A DNA stretch of 64,000 nt from an uncultured Bryobacter sp. (GCA_964387685.1 CAYLXK010000024.1:7149-71148); one strand, 5' to 3'; shown: positions 53,540 through 63,498, counted from the stretch's first letter. The notes: generated by a model from the sequence alone, not told the origin. Program-made: numbers and translations.

Positions 53540-54727
53540 ATGCGAAATACAGAAAAGATAGTAGTACTGGCCTTGTTTGCCGGCGCAATGGCCCAGGCCC
53601 AGGAAGCCGATCTGAAGCCGGGTAAGTGGAAAACCCTCGACGGCAACGCGCCGCTCGTGATTGGACACCGCGGGGCAAGCGGTTATTTGCCGGAGCACAC
53701 GCTCGAGGCTTACCGCCGCGCGATTGAACTGGGCGCGGACTTCATCGAGCCCGATCTCGTAATTACTAAGGACGGGGTATTGATTGCGCGCCACGAGCCG
53801 CTGCTGGACGGCACGACGGACGTGGCTTCGCGTTCGGAGTTCGCGAGCAAAAAAACGACCAAGCTGCTGGACGGCATTCCGACGCCGGGATTCTACGCAA
53901 GCGACTTCACGCTGGCGGAAATTAAGCGGCTGCGCGCCGTTCAACCCAATGGGGCGCGCTCGAAGGCCTTCGACGGACTGTATGAAATCCCCACCTTCGA
54001 TGAGATCCTCGACATGGTGCAGCGCCAACGCTATGCGACGCGCCGCACGATTGGCGTGTATCCGGAAACCAAGCATCCCAGCTTCCACTACGCGCTTGGC
54101 TTGCCGCTCGAGGATGAATTGGTCCGCCTGCTGGAGAAATACGGTCTGAACTTTAAGGGTGCGCCGGTGTTTATCCAGTCCTTTGAGACGGCGAATCTGG
54201 TTTACTTACGCCAACGCACCAAGGTGCGCCTGGTACAACTAATCGACGCCGACGACGTGGGTCCGGACGGTAAGTTAACTTACGCGAAGCCCTACGATAA
54301 GCCCTATAACTACGCGATCACGGGGGACCCGCGCGGCTTTGCGGATCTGGTGACGGCGGCGAGCTTGGCCGACATTGCCAAGTATGCCGACGGCATCGGT
54401 CCCTGGAAGCGCTACATCGTGAGCGTGAAGATTGTCGACGCCAACAACGACGGACGGGCCGACGACGTCAATGGCGATGGCAGCGTGAACGACGCCGATA
54501 AGCCGACCACGACGCCCACGAATCTGATCACCCTGGCCCATCAAGCGGGCCTGTTGGTGCACGCCTACACCTTCCGGAACGAAAAGAACACGCTCGGCGC
54601 CGACTATCGCACCGACCCGCGCAACGAATACATTCAGTTCTTCCTGCTCGGCGTGGACGGAGTCTTTTCCGACTTCCCGGATACGGGTGTAGCGGGACGC
54701 GCAGCCGCCGCCGGCATGCTGCCCTAA
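53540..54727 (+). CDS. Glycerophosphodiester phosphodiesterase (GlpQ-like), secreted
   Basis: PLVIGHRGASGYLPEHTLEAY, IEPDLV and YPETKHP. Signal MRNTEKIVVLALFAGAMAQA. Confidence 0.85.
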   Translation: MRNTEKIVVLALFAGAMAQAQEADLKPGKWKTLDGNAPLVIGHRGASGYLPEHTLEAYRRAIELGADFIEPDLVITKDGVLIARHEPLLDGTTDVASRSEFASKKTTKLLDGIPTPGFYASDFTLAEIKRLRAVQPNGARSKAFDGLYEIPTFDEILDMVQRQRYATRRTIGVYPETKHPSFHYALGLPLEDELVRLLEKYGLNFKGAPVFIQSFETANLVYLRQRTKVRLVQLIDADDVGPDGKLTYAKPYDKPYNYAITGDPRGFADLVTAASLADIAKYADGIGPWKRYIVSVKIVDANNDGRADDVNGDGSVNDADKPTTTPTNLITLAHQAGLLVHAYTFRNEKNTLGADYRTDPRNEYIQFFLLGVDGVFSDFPDTGVAGRAAAAGMLP

Positions 54728-54753
54728 AGACGGAGACTTCCGCAAGGCCAAGT

Positions 54754-54809
54754 GGGCCCCTTCTCATCCGGCTGAGTGCAGGCCCGGTGAAAAGGGGCCC
54801 TTTTCGTTT
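54754..54809 (+). terminator. Intrinsic terminator candidate after the GDPD gene
   Basis: GGGCCCCTT...AAGGGGCCC (with inner GGCCC-N9-GGGCC) followed by TTTTCGTTT. Confidence 0.45.
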
Positions 54810-54823
54810 GGGCGCGGGCTGCC

Positions 54824-54982
54824 CTACCAGGCGGCGACGCTGCCGTCGGGGTGGAAGACGCGGGCCATCGAACTTGTATTTGGCGACTTGTTTTTCGTCG
54901 AGGTCGAAGCCGAGGCGGGGCTTGGTGGGAAGCGGATATTTGCCGTTGACCATGCGCATGGCGGGGAAGCCGAACGATTCGG
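54824..54982 (-). pseudogene. Frameshifted relic of the 3' end of the enolase-superfamily gene at 55642-56976
   Basis: About 158 bp near-identical to 55643-55814, apart from a 14-nt deletion that shifts the frame and a few substitutions. It encodes ...FGFPAMRMVNGKYPLPTKP-LGFDLDEKQVAKYKF... / ...MARVFHPDGSVAAW split across two frames. Confidence 0.75.
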
Positions 54983-55083
54983 GGGTGAAGGGCATTTGCA
55001 CAGCAGTGCGCCGTTGGCCGTAGCGATCGCTACGGGCCGAGACAAAACGAGGCATCATCACTTATCTTGGGCTTTACCCACGA

Positions 55084-55464
55084 TCACTTTACTGGCATGC
55101 AGAAGTACAGAGTGTTCCCGTCTGGATCAGTCACCGCGAATTCCCGAAGGCCCCATGTTTGATCCAGTGGCGCCGTGTGAATAGGAGACTCAGGTCGCTG
55201 TGTCGTGTCTAGGCCCCGCGTGCGAAAGGTCGCAAAACGCTCATCAACGTCATCCACAAACATTCGGTTGACCGAACCGAAAACGCCGTCGCCCGAATGG
55301 CTGGAAAGCTGTATTTCAGCGCCGTCTCGAACCAGACCAATCACTCCGCTGGCCATCTCTCGATCTTCGTATCCGGGCCATTTGCGCTCGAAGTCAAGAA
55401 ATCCTGTGTAGAAGTGTAAGGATCTTTCCAAATTGCTCGATTTGATCACCGGTACAATCTTCAT
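55084..55464 (-). CDS. Glyoxalase/bleomycin-resistance (VOC) family protein, Ble-like
   Basis: VPVIKSSNLERSLHFYTGFLDFERKW ... QTWGLREFAVTDPDGNTLYF parallels the Sh ble / Tn5 Ble pattern (VPVLTARDV..FW...LGF ; QPWGREFALRDPAGNCVHF). Visibly more AT-rich than its flanks. Confidence 0.75.
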   Translation of the reverse strand: MKIVPVIKSSNLERSLHFYTGFLDFERKWPGYEDREMASGVIGLVRDGAEIQLSSHSGDGVFGSVNRMFVDDVDERFATFRTRGLDTTQRPESPIHTAPLDQTWGLREFAVTDPDGNTLYFCMPVK

Positions 55465-55641
55465 GACTGAAGTCCTCAGCCAATTAGGATACTCTCTCGT
55501 CACCATAAATCGCCGCAGGCTGCGGGATGACTCGTGTGAAGTCGCAGAGTTTAGAGTTATCGAAATCGATACCCGAGAAATCTGCGAGGGACAGATTGGC
55601 CGAATGGTTGGTTCCGGTTGGAGTAAGCGATCGGTGTGAAG

Positions 55642-56976
55642 TTACCAGGCGGCGACGCTGCCATCGGGGTGGAAGACGCGGGCCATCGGGCGCGTGCCCT
55701 CGAACTTGTATTTGGCGACTTGTTTTTCGTCGAGGTCGAAGCCGAGGCCGGGCTTGGTGGGAAGCGGATACTTGCCGTTGACCATGCGCATGGCCGGGAA
55801 GCCGAACCATTCGGCCCAGATCTTCTCCTTCACGCCGGCGTCGACGCCGGAGCAGATTTCCTGGACGAGGAAATTCGGCATGGCGGCATCGACATGAACG
55901 CTGGCCAGGGCGCCGATGGGGCCTTCGCAGGCGTGGGGGGCGACCTTTACGCCCGAGGCGTCGCAGAGCGCGCCAATCTTCCACAGGGCCGTAATGCCCC
56001 CGCAGTGGTTGATGTCCGTTTGGATGATGTCGACGATGCCGAGCTCGACAAGCTCGCGGCAGTTGTAGCTGGCGACGAGGCGTTCGCCCGTGGCAATCGG
56101 CACCTTGGTGCGTTTGGCGATGCGCTGCATGGCCTTGACGTTCTCGGGCGGGCAGGGCTCTTCGATGAAGAGGAGCTTGAAGGGCTCCATTTCGCGGCAG
56201 AGGATGCTGGCGACGGCGGGGGAGGTCTTGGCGTGGAAGTCGATGCCGATGTCGATGTCGTCGCCTAAATTGACGCGCAGGGTTTCGACATGCTTGACGG
56301 CGCGGGAGATGGCCGAGTGCGTCTCGATCCATTCGTAATATCCCGGGATGCCGCCCTTGATGGCCGTGACGCCGAGCTCCTTGGCCTTGGCGCGAACTTC
56401 GCGCATTTGCTCGGGCGTATTGGCGCGGACGTGATAATAGCCGCGGACCCCGGCGGGATCGTAGGGGCCGCCGAGCAGCTTGTAAACGGGTTGGTTCAGG
56501 ATTTTGCCGCGGATATCCCAAAGCGCCTGATCGATGGCGGCCATGGCGGAGCCAATGACGGGCCCCGCGCGGTAGAAGCTATGCACGTACATGGATTGCC
56601 AGTGGTGCTCCACCGGCATGGGGTCGGCTCCAATGAGCAATTCCTTGAAATCCTCGATGCAGGAAAGCGTCGCGGCGGCTTTGCCCTCCAGAGTGCCTTC
56701 GCCCCAGCCGTAGACGCCCTGGTTGGTTTCTATTTTGACGAAGACATAAGGCCGGTCGGCTTGTTCCGGAGTAGGCAGGGTGACGCCAAAAGTCTTGATC
56801 GCCGTGATGCGGAAGTTGGAGCCGAGGGGATAGAGCGCCGCGGCGCCTAAGGGGCCGGTGGCCGCGCGGTTGGGATCGTTTTGGGGGGATTGCGGCGCGA
56901 GCGCGCAAGCGCAGCCGAGGCCCGCGTTAATCGAGAAAAAGTCGCGGCGGTTGAGGGGTTTCAGAGGGGATTTCAT
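55642..56976 (-). CDS. Enolase-superfamily dehydratase (galactonate/mannonate dehydratase-like) with Tat-type signal
   Basis: GVYGWGEGTLEG, AIDQALWDIRGK, IDFH, FIEEP and ERL motifs. N-terminus MKSPLKPLNRRDFFSINAGLGCACALA. Confidence 0.85.
   Translation of the reverse strand: MKSPLKPLNRRDFFSINAGLGCACALAPQSPQNDPNRAATGPLGAAALYPLGSNFRITAIKTFGVTLPTPEQADRPYVFVKIETNQGVYGWGEGTLEGKAAATLSCIEDFKELLIGADPMPVEHHWQSMYVHSFYRAGPVIGSAMAAIDQALWDIRGKILNQPVYKLLGGPYDPAGVRGYYHVRANTPEQMREVRAKAKELGVTAIKGGIPGYYEWIETHSAISRAVKHVETLRVNLGDDIDIGIDFHAKTSPAVASILCREMEPFKLLFIEEPCPPENVKAMQRIAKRTKVPIATGERLVASYNCRELVELGIVDIIQTDINHCGGITALWKIGALCDASGVKVAPHACEGPIGALASVHVDAAMPNFLVQEICSGVDAGVKEKIWAEWFGFPAMRMVNGKYPLPTKPGLGFDLDEKQVAKYKFEGTRPMARVFHPDGSVAAW
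55643..55814. repeat. Direct-repeat partner (intact copy) of 54825-54982
   Basis: TACCAGGCGGCGACGCTGCC(A/G)TCGGGGTGGAAGACGCGGGCCATCG...GCCGAAC(C/G)ATTCGG. The copies are spaced about 818 bp apart. Confidence 0.85.
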
Positions 56977-58007
56977 TGAGCGCTTCTCCGGACCAGAGTT
57001 TCGTTGATTTGGAGGCCAAGGCCGGGTTTGGTGTTAAGCGTGAAGTAGCCGTCGGTGGGTGTTTCGATCGCGCCGCCGACAAGCTGGTCGCGGAATTGGC
57101 GCGTCTCGCGGTCGAGAACAGCGGGGACCTCCTGGATGAAGAAATTGGGCAGGCTAGCGGCCAAGTGGAGCGCGGCGGCGGTGGCCACGGGGCCGCCCGT
57201 ATGGTGGGGGGCAATCGCCGTGTAGTAGGTTTCGGCAATGGCTGCGGCGCGACGGAGCGGCGTAATGCCGAGGCGATTAACGCTCAGGCGAAGGATGTCG
57301 CAGATGCCGTCGCGAAGATAATTCTGCGCGGGCGCGAAATCGTTCAGGTCATGCCCAAGGCCCAGGGGTGTGGTGGATTCGGCGGCGATGCGGGCCAGCA
57401 CTTCCTCATTCGGTTCGCGCGTGGGCCGGTCAAACCAAAGAGGATGGTAAGGTTCGAGGGCCACGACAAGATCGGCCGCCTCGGCGGAGGGCAAGAGGGC
57501 TTGGCCATCGGGGGCGAAGTCTACATTTTGGCCGGAGGATTGGCGCAGGCTGGCGAACTGAGCGGCCGCGCGGCTTACGATGTTGGGCCGGGATGTAATC
57601 CCTGTGGGCAGCTGGATTGGCACCAGAAAGGCGCGGTGGCCTTGCGCGAGTAGGGCCTCGCGGTCCTCCAGGCGGGGCAGGGGAGTGAGGGCGCGGACCT
57701 TAAAGCGAGTAGGTCCGCCGAGCAGTTGGAAAACCGGTGCCTTCGCCTCCTGGCCATAGAGGTCGAGCAAGGCCATGTTCAGGGCCGCCGCGATGGGCTC
57801 ACCGGCAAGGTGCCGGGTGAGTACGTCGTAGCGCGACGGCTCCTGGCCCACGGCCATCGAGCGGGCCCGCGCGAGCGAAGCGGGGGACACCGCAGTGGCT
57901 TCGCCCCAACCGCTGAGGCCTTGGTCTGTGCTGACTTTGAGTAGCGTGTAGGTGCGCGCGGAACGCGGTTCCTGCAGCGCGAAAACTTCAAGCTGGGTGA
58001 TTTTCAT
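56973..58007 (-). CDS. Mandelate racemase/muconate lactonizing enzyme-family protein
   Basis: MKITQLEVFAL...LLKVSTDQGLSGWGEA and ALLDLYGQEAKAPVFQLLGG. ATGA overlap with the downstream paralogue. Confidence 0.75.
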   Translation of the reverse strand: MKITQLEVFALQEPRSARTYTLLKVSTDQGLSGWGEATAVSPASLARARSMAVGQEPSRYDVLTRHLAGEPIAAALNMALLDLYGQEAKAPVFQLLGGPTRFKVRALTPLPRLEDREALLAQGHRAFLVPIQLPTGITSRPNIVSRAAAQFASLRQSSGQNVDFAPDGQALLPSAEAADLVVALEPYHPLWFDRPTREPNEEVLARIAAESTTPLGLGHDLNDFAPAQNYLRDGICDILRLSVNRLGITPLRRAAAIAETYYTAIAPHHTGGPVATAAALHLAASLPNFFIQEVPAVLDRETRQFRDQLVGGAIETPTDGYFTLNTKPGLGLQINETLVRRSAQ

Positions 58008-58236
58008 GATGAACCCTTAAAGTGCCTGGCGCAAAGCCTTTTGCCGGAGACGATGAGCGGGCTGTGTAGAGATTATCGTAACTGCCCGGCCGGCGCCAGC
58101 CAGGCCACTACAATGCGCTTGCTACAATCGGAGTCGCGTCGGCGGCCCCCGTCTGGTCTTCCCTATCTAGCCCATCGCAATCCATTTGCCCTCCACAGCG
58201 GGGTCCCACACCCGGCTGGGAGACAGGAAGAGCCCC

Positions 58237-59610
58237 ATGAACTACACACCTCGACATATCCTCAGCGCCGCACTCCTGCTGCAGTTGACGGCGCATTCCA
58301 GCCCGGCACAGTCCGCGGATGCCGCGTTGCTGGCCAAGGCCAAAGGCATTCATGACCGCGTGCTGAAGCTGGATACGCACAACGACATCGACCCCTCCAA
58401 CTTCACCGCCGATTGCAATTACCTCAAGCGGCTGAATACCCAAGTGAACCTGCCGAAGATGGTGCAGGGCGATATGGACGTGGCCTTTCTGATCGTCTAT
58501 GTCGGCCAGGGCCTGCCTACGCCGGAAGAATACGATCACGCCTACCAACAGGCCATTGAGAAGTTCGAGGCCATTCATCGCTTCACGGAAAAGATCGCCC
58601 CCGATGTCATGGGCCTGGCTTTGACGCCAGAGGATGTGCGCCGCCTGCACCGCCAGGGCAAGCGCGTTGCGGTGATTGGCGTCGAAAATGGCTATCCCAT
58701 CGGTACCGAGCTGAAGCGCGTGAAGGAGTTCTACGATCGCGGCGGGCGCTACATGTCGCTCGCCCACAACGGCAACAGCCAACTGGCCGATTCGAACACC
58801 GGCGAAGCCACCGGCTACATTCACAACAACGGGTTGTCTCCCTTGGGCCGCCAAGTGATCGCCGAGATGAACCGCCTGGGGATGATGGTGGACCTTTCGC
58901 ATCCCTCAAAGGGCGCGAACCTCGAAGCCATTCGCCTTTCCAAAGCTCCGGTCATCGCTTCGCACTCCAGTGTCCGCGCGCTGGCCGACCATAGCCGCAA
59001 TATGGACGACGAACAACTGATGGCCTTGAAGAAAAATGGCGGCGTCATCCAGATCGTCGGCTTCGCTTCCTATGTGAAGGTGGATTCCAAAGAGCGCACA
59101 GAAGCCTTGGGCAAGCTCCGTACCGATTTCGGTTTCGGCGGAGGCGGCCGGGCCGCCGGTGGCGCTGGTTTCCGCCGGCCCACCGCGCCGCGACCCTGCG
59201 CCGTCGAAGAAGCCAAACCTTCTGAGGCCAATGCGGCGCCGGCCGCGCCTCGCCGCACTGCCGCCTTCCTGAACATGCTGCCCGCCGACCGCCGCGCCGA
59301 ATTTGAGAAGCGCATGGCGGAGATCGACGCGAAGTATCCGCCCACCACACGCGCGACCGTCAAGGATATGGTGGATCACATCGATTACGCCGTCAAAAAG
59401 ATCGGTATCGATCACGTCGGAATCTCCTCGGACTTCGACGGCGGCGGTGGCATCGACGGTTGGGACAGCGCCGCGGAAGCCTTCAATGTGACGCTGGAAC
59501 TCGTCCGCCGCGGCTACACCGAAGAGCAGATCGGCAAGATCTGGAGCGGCAACCTGTTGCGCGTTTGGGGCGAGGTCGAAAAGGTCGCGCAGAAACTAGC
59601 GAAGCAGTAA
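58237..59610 (+). CDS. Membrane dipeptidase (peptidase M19), secreted
   Basis: LKLDTHNDI, MSLAHNGNS, VDLSH, ASHSS and ISSDFDGGGG. Signal MNYTPRHILSAALLLQLTAHSSPAQ. Gly/Ala/Pro-rich insert at about 59131-59270. Confidence 0.85.
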   Translation: MNYTPRHILSAALLLQLTAHSSPAQSADAALLAKAKGIHDRVLKLDTHNDIDPSNFTADCNYLKRLNTQVNLPKMVQGDMDVAFLIVYVGQGLPTPEEYDHAYQQAIEKFEAIHRFTEKIAPDVMGLALTPEDVRRLHRQGKRVAVIGVENGYPIGTELKRVKEFYDRGGRYMSLAHNGNSQLADSNTGEATGYIHNNGLSPLGRQVIAEMNRLGMMVDLSHPSKGANLEAIRLSKAPVIASHSSVRALADHSRNMDDEQLMALKKNGGVIQIVGFASYVKVDSKERTEALGKLRTDFGFGGGGRAAGGAGFRRPTAPRPCAVEEAKPSEANAAPAAPRRTAAFLNMLPADRRAEFEKRMAEIDAKYPPTTRATVKDMVDHIDYAVKKIGIDHVGISSDFDGGGGIDGWDSAAEAFNVTLELVRRGYTEEQIGKIWSGNLLRVWGEVEKVAQKLAKQ

Positions 59611-59637
59611 CTTAGACGCTGCGGCGATGGCGCAAAA

Positions 59638-60267
59638 TCAGTAGCCAACGAGCGGCGCCCGGTGAAGATAGACGTCGCTATCCAACTGCGCCAGAACAAA
59701 AGCCGCCACATCGGCCCGGGAAATCTTCCGGATGGTGATACCTTCGAGATCGGTTACGGCCCGGAGGCCACCCCGCTGCGGGCCATTCGTAAAGGACGCC
59801 GGGCGCACGATGACCCAATCCAGCGCGCTCTCCCGGATTAAGGCCTCCTGACGGTCCTTGTCCACGTAGCTTTTTTTAGTGAAGAGCGGAAAGATGATGT
59901 GGTCGTAGAGGAAACCGCCGTGTCCCTTGCTATCACCGGCTCCAATCCCGGTAATGCAAACCAGGCGAGGCACCCCGCTTGCTTTCATCGCTTGGATCAA
60001 GATTCGGGTTGCATCCGAAAAAAGGGTGGTGGGCTTTCGCGTATTTGGGCTGCCGAGGGCGAAGACTACCGCTTGCTGTCCTACTACGGCTGCATCCACG
60101 TTCGCTGGGTTTAGCGCATCCCCGTTGAGGATGCGCAGCTCCGCGGGCTTGGCTTCGACTTTGGAGGGATCGCGAACCAGCACAGTGACGTCGTGACGCA
60201 GGGCGAGGGCTTGGCTCACCAGATGTTTACCAACACTGCCTGTCGCGCCCAATATCAGGATTTTCAT
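59638..60267 (-). CDS. NAD(P)H-binding atypical SDR (NmrA/BVR-B-like)
   Basis: MKILILGATGSVGKHLV Rossmann start. 209 aa. Confidence 0.8.
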   Translation of the reverse strand: MKILILGATGSVGKHLVSQALALRHDVTVLVRDPSKVEAKPAELRILNGDALNPANVDAAVVGQQAVVFALGSPNTRKPTTLFSDATRILIQAMKASGVPRLVCITGIGAGDSKGHGGFLYDHIIFPLFTKKSYVDKDRQEALIRESALDWVIVRPASFTNGPQRGGLRAVTDLEGITIRKISRADVAAFVLAQLDSDVYLHRAPLVGY

Positions 60268-60506
60268 AGCACTCGAGACTTACTCGTCTGTTCCCAATTG
60301 TCATTGAAACAGCTTGGCTCGGCAAGGTGCCGCTCCCCCCGGCCCACTGCCCTAGGCTGAGGATCAAGACAGCGGCCGCCAACGCGCTATCGTTAGGTCT
60401 CCATGGCGCGGCCCCTGGACGCGAAGGTACGACCGTTCTCCACGTGGAGGAACGGTACACCTGATAAAATCGCCCATGGCAGAAGTAGTAATTTAGGAGC
60501 CTCGTC

Positions 60507-61886
60507 GTGTCTTATCCCAATACCCGTAGATTCTTTATGGGCGCGCTCAGCGCCGCATCCGCCGTGCGCGTCTGGGGCGCCAACGAAAAGGTCAACATCG
60601 GCATCGTGGGCTTAGGCGGTCGCGGCAGCAGCCATCTCAATTCCTATACCGGCATCGCGGAAGCCCAGGTCGTGGGCCTGTGCGACGTCAACCAGGCTGC
60701 GCGCGAACGAGCTCAGGGCGTGCTGGCTCGCAAGAGCCTCGAGAAAGCCGCGGAGTTTGGCGACATGCGCGAGATGTACGCCGATCCTAAGGTGGAAGCG
60801 GTCTCTATCGCCACCCCGAACCATTGGCATGCGCTCTCTGCCATCTGGGCCATGCGCGCGGGCAAGGACGTCTACGGCGAAAAGCCTGCCAGCTACAACA
60901 TCTACGAAGGCATGCGGATGATTCAGGTACAACGCGAGACCAAGCGCCTGATGCAAGTGGGCTCGCAGCACCGCAGTTGGCCTTTCAAGGTTAAAGCGAT
61001 CGCGGCGCTGCAACAGGGCCTGATCGGCAAGCTGTATATGGCCAAGGGCTTGTGCTACAAATTGCGTCCCTCGATTGGACACACTCCCGACAGTCCGACG
61101 CCTCCAGGCCTGAACTGGGATCTTTTCCTGGGCGCGGCTCCTATGCGCCCCTTCAACCAGAAGCGCTTTGCCTACTATTGGCATTGGTTCTGGGATACCG
61201 GCAACGGGGATATCGGCAACCAGGGCGTCCACGAGACGGGCATCGCGCGCTGGGCTCTTGGCGATCCCATCTGGCCAAAAACCGCGATGGCCTTTGGCGG
61301 GAAGTTCGGGCTCGACGACGACACTGAGACGCCCAACACGCTTACGGCAGGCTTCAATTATGGCGAAGCGCAATTGGTGGTCGAGGTCCGCGGCCGCAGC
61401 ACGAACGGCGAAGGAGTTCGTCAGGCTCGGGTTGTGACCGCCGGTCCCACGCCCACTGCGGCGCCCCCCGGCGCTCCCGCTCCCACGCAGGTTGGAAGCG
61501 CGGCAAATCCCATCAACGTAGGCGTTGGAAACCTCTTTTATGGCAGCGAAGGCTGGGCCGCGATGAACGACCAAGGCTTCCAAGCCTACAAGGGCGATTC
61601 GAGCGAACTGATCATGGAAGAGCGCAACGACCGCAGCAGCGGCGACCCGACCGGCCTGCATATGAGGAACTTCCTGGCCGCTGTGAAATCACGCAGCGAG
61701 AAGGATCTGCGGGATCCAATCTCCAACGCCGTGCCCAGCGCGGACCTGTGCCATCTGGCCAACATCAGCTATCGCGTCGGGCGCGCGCTTAATATTGAGC
61801 CCGGCACGACGCCCCGTTTCCAGAACGACCCGGAAGCGACGAAGCTGATGACGCGGCCGGTCTACCGTAAGGGCTACGAAGTCTAG
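60507..61886 (+). CDS. Gfo/Idh/MocA oxidoreductase with Tat signal
   Basis: TRRFFMGALSAASAV, NIGIVGLGGRG and YGEKPAS. GTG start. Confidence 0.85.
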   Translation: MSYPNTRRFFMGALSAASAVRVWGANEKVNIGIVGLGGRGSSHLNSYTGIAEAQVVGLCDVNQAARERAQGVLARKSLEKAAEFGDMREMYADPKVEAVSIATPNHWHALSAIWAMRAGKDVYGEKPASYNIYEGMRMIQVQRETKRLMQVGSQHRSWPFKVKAIAALQQGLIGKLYMAKGLCYKLRPSIGHTPDSPTPPGLNWDLFLGAAPMRPFNQKRFAYYWHWFWDTGNGDIGNQGVHETGIARWALGDPIWPKTAMAFGGKFGLDDDTETPNTLTAGFNYGEAQLVVEVRGRSTNGEGVRQARVVTAGPTPTAAPPGAPAPTQVGSAANPINVGVGNLFYGSEGWAAMNDQGFQAYKGDSSELIMEERNDRSSGDPTGLHMRNFLAAVKSRSEKDLRDPISNAVPSADLCHLANISYRVGRALNIEPGTTPRFQNDPEATKLMTRPVYRKGYEV

Positions 61887-61898
61887 CGCCAGGGTCTG

Positions 61899-62666
61899 CT
61901 ATTTCAGGCGCTCCAGCTTGCCTTTTCTGCGGACGATGTTCTTGTAGTCCCACTGCAGTGCCTTGGACTTCTTCAACCATCTCCGCAAGTCGGCAAGGCG
62001 GATTGCCGCAGAGTCGTTATAAACGATGGAGGCGTCCTTAAACTTCTTGCCCTCTACGTTCAACCCCGGCTCCGCAAAGTCTTTGCCGCTCCAGAACATT
62101 AAGCGCACTCCCGCCCTCTGCTTGCTATAGCCGACGATGGGGTTGCCATCCAAAAACCAGACCGGATGCGCGTGCCAGATCTTGCTTTCCGCTTTTGGCA
62201 AGCCGCGGGTGATTTCATGGGCCAGACGGTCGCAGATATCTTGGAAGACCGGCTCCAGACCAGCGTTGTAATCTTGGATCTCCGCCGGCACTGCGCTGTT
62301 GCGCTGTGCGGGCACGCTGGCCTCCTGGCGCAGAATCTTCTCCATCGGCCGGCCCTTCGCCAACTCGTCCACTAGCTTGTCCAGGTAACGGATTTTTTGC
62401 ATCAGCGGATCCGCGACTTCTTCCACCCGGATGCCGCACACCACGCCCTGGATCAGCGTTCGATTTGGATGCATGGCGGGTGCCTGGGCGAAGAATGCCT
62501 CGAAATCCGTCTCCCGCTCAATTTGCCGCCGTAACCCGGCTTCGTCGTAGCCCGTCAGCCAGCGAATAACTTGGTCCACCTCGGTCCGCGTGCGGCTCTT
62601 GCGCTCCGCCTTCTGGACGTACATCGGATAGACCTTGGCGAAGGGAGTAGAGAAGATACGATGCAT
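61899..62666 (-). CDS. DUF2200-like N-terminal domain fused to a DUF1801/YdhG-like domain
   Basis: 255 aa. [32 protein letters not shown] is as in DUF2200. The C-terminal half resembles DUF1801. Assignment is from memory of these families. Confidence 0.55.
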   Translation of the reverse strand: MHRIFSTPFAKVYPMYVQKAERKSRTRTEVDQVIRWLTGYDEAGLRRQIERETDFEAFFAQAPAMHPNRTLIQGVVCGIRVEEVADPLMQKIRYLDKLVDELAKGRPMEKILRQEASVPAQRNSAVPAEIQDYNAGLEPVFQDICDRLAHEITRGLPKAESKIWHAHPVWFLDGNPIVGYSKQRAGVRLMFWSGKDFAEPGLNVEGKKFKDASIVYNDSAAIRLADLRRWLKKSKALQWDYKNIVRRKGKLERLK

Positions 62667-63498
62667 GCGTTTATGCTAACCGACCCGGGGCTAAGCAGCT
62701 TAGGCTAAGTCTCTCGGCTTGGACTACGCTACGGATGCTGGCGATTACGGGTACTTGAGATACTTCGACAGCGCCTACGAAGTCCCGTCGCCGGAAGATT
62801 CACGCGAAGGCCTGAGACGGTGCCGCCACCAACGGCAAGGGTTCCAGCAAGCCAAGCAGAGACACAGATACTGTAGAGGGGTTGGGAATAGGATCCCCAA
62901 GGGGGCGCAGCTCCGAAGGCGGCTCGGAGAAGCGAAAGGCGCTCTATTCTCCGAGCCCTTAACCAAGCGGAAGCTTCGAAGACGGACTTTCGCTGTCAGT
63001 GGTTCAATTTTCGTGGTTCAACTTTCAATCATCAAACGGCAGACTTGAGCGTACTCAAAACGCCGGAAACGATCCACATGGCTGCTGCCTCCGACGATTG
63101 CCCTCGACATTCCCACTGCTGATTTTGGATCCATGCTGGCCACGTAGGCAAGGACAGGGAGCGTTACAGCTACGCCCGCGCTTGCTAACGGCATCCACCG
63201 ACATACTGAGTAACTGCGCCCACAGAGGTGCAGTGTTTGGAGCGGCCACTACTTTTTCCTCTTGGCGGGTGCGTGGACATCGGGGCAATCGGGGAGAAGG
63301 GCCTGCTCTTTTCTCATCTACCCAGCGTCAACCCAAATATTCGAAGAAGTCCAGCCGCGGGTCGGCTGCCGGGAAACAGCATGAGGTGGTGGACATTCCC
63401 TGCAGAAACGCGGCAGCCATTTGCCCGGAGTGTTCCCGGCACCGGCGCTACGACTCTTGGCATCGCGATCTCCTCCTTACCTGAATGGACTTTCGTGA

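Noticed and set aside
54528-55061. 177-aa and 73-aa minus-strand ORFs that look like small genes downstream of the GDPD gene.
   Set aside because: Both are read-throughs of the frameshifted duplicate of the dehydratase 3' end (see the pseudogene call). Only the segments copied from 55643-55814 look protein-like.
54983-55642. A mobile element (IS or integron cassette) carrying the Ble-like gene.
   Set aside because: There is no transposase or integrase ORF, no terminal inverted repeats, and no attC-like site that I could recognise. Only the flanking direct duplication and lower GC are seen, so it is reported as a finding rather than annotated as a mobile element.
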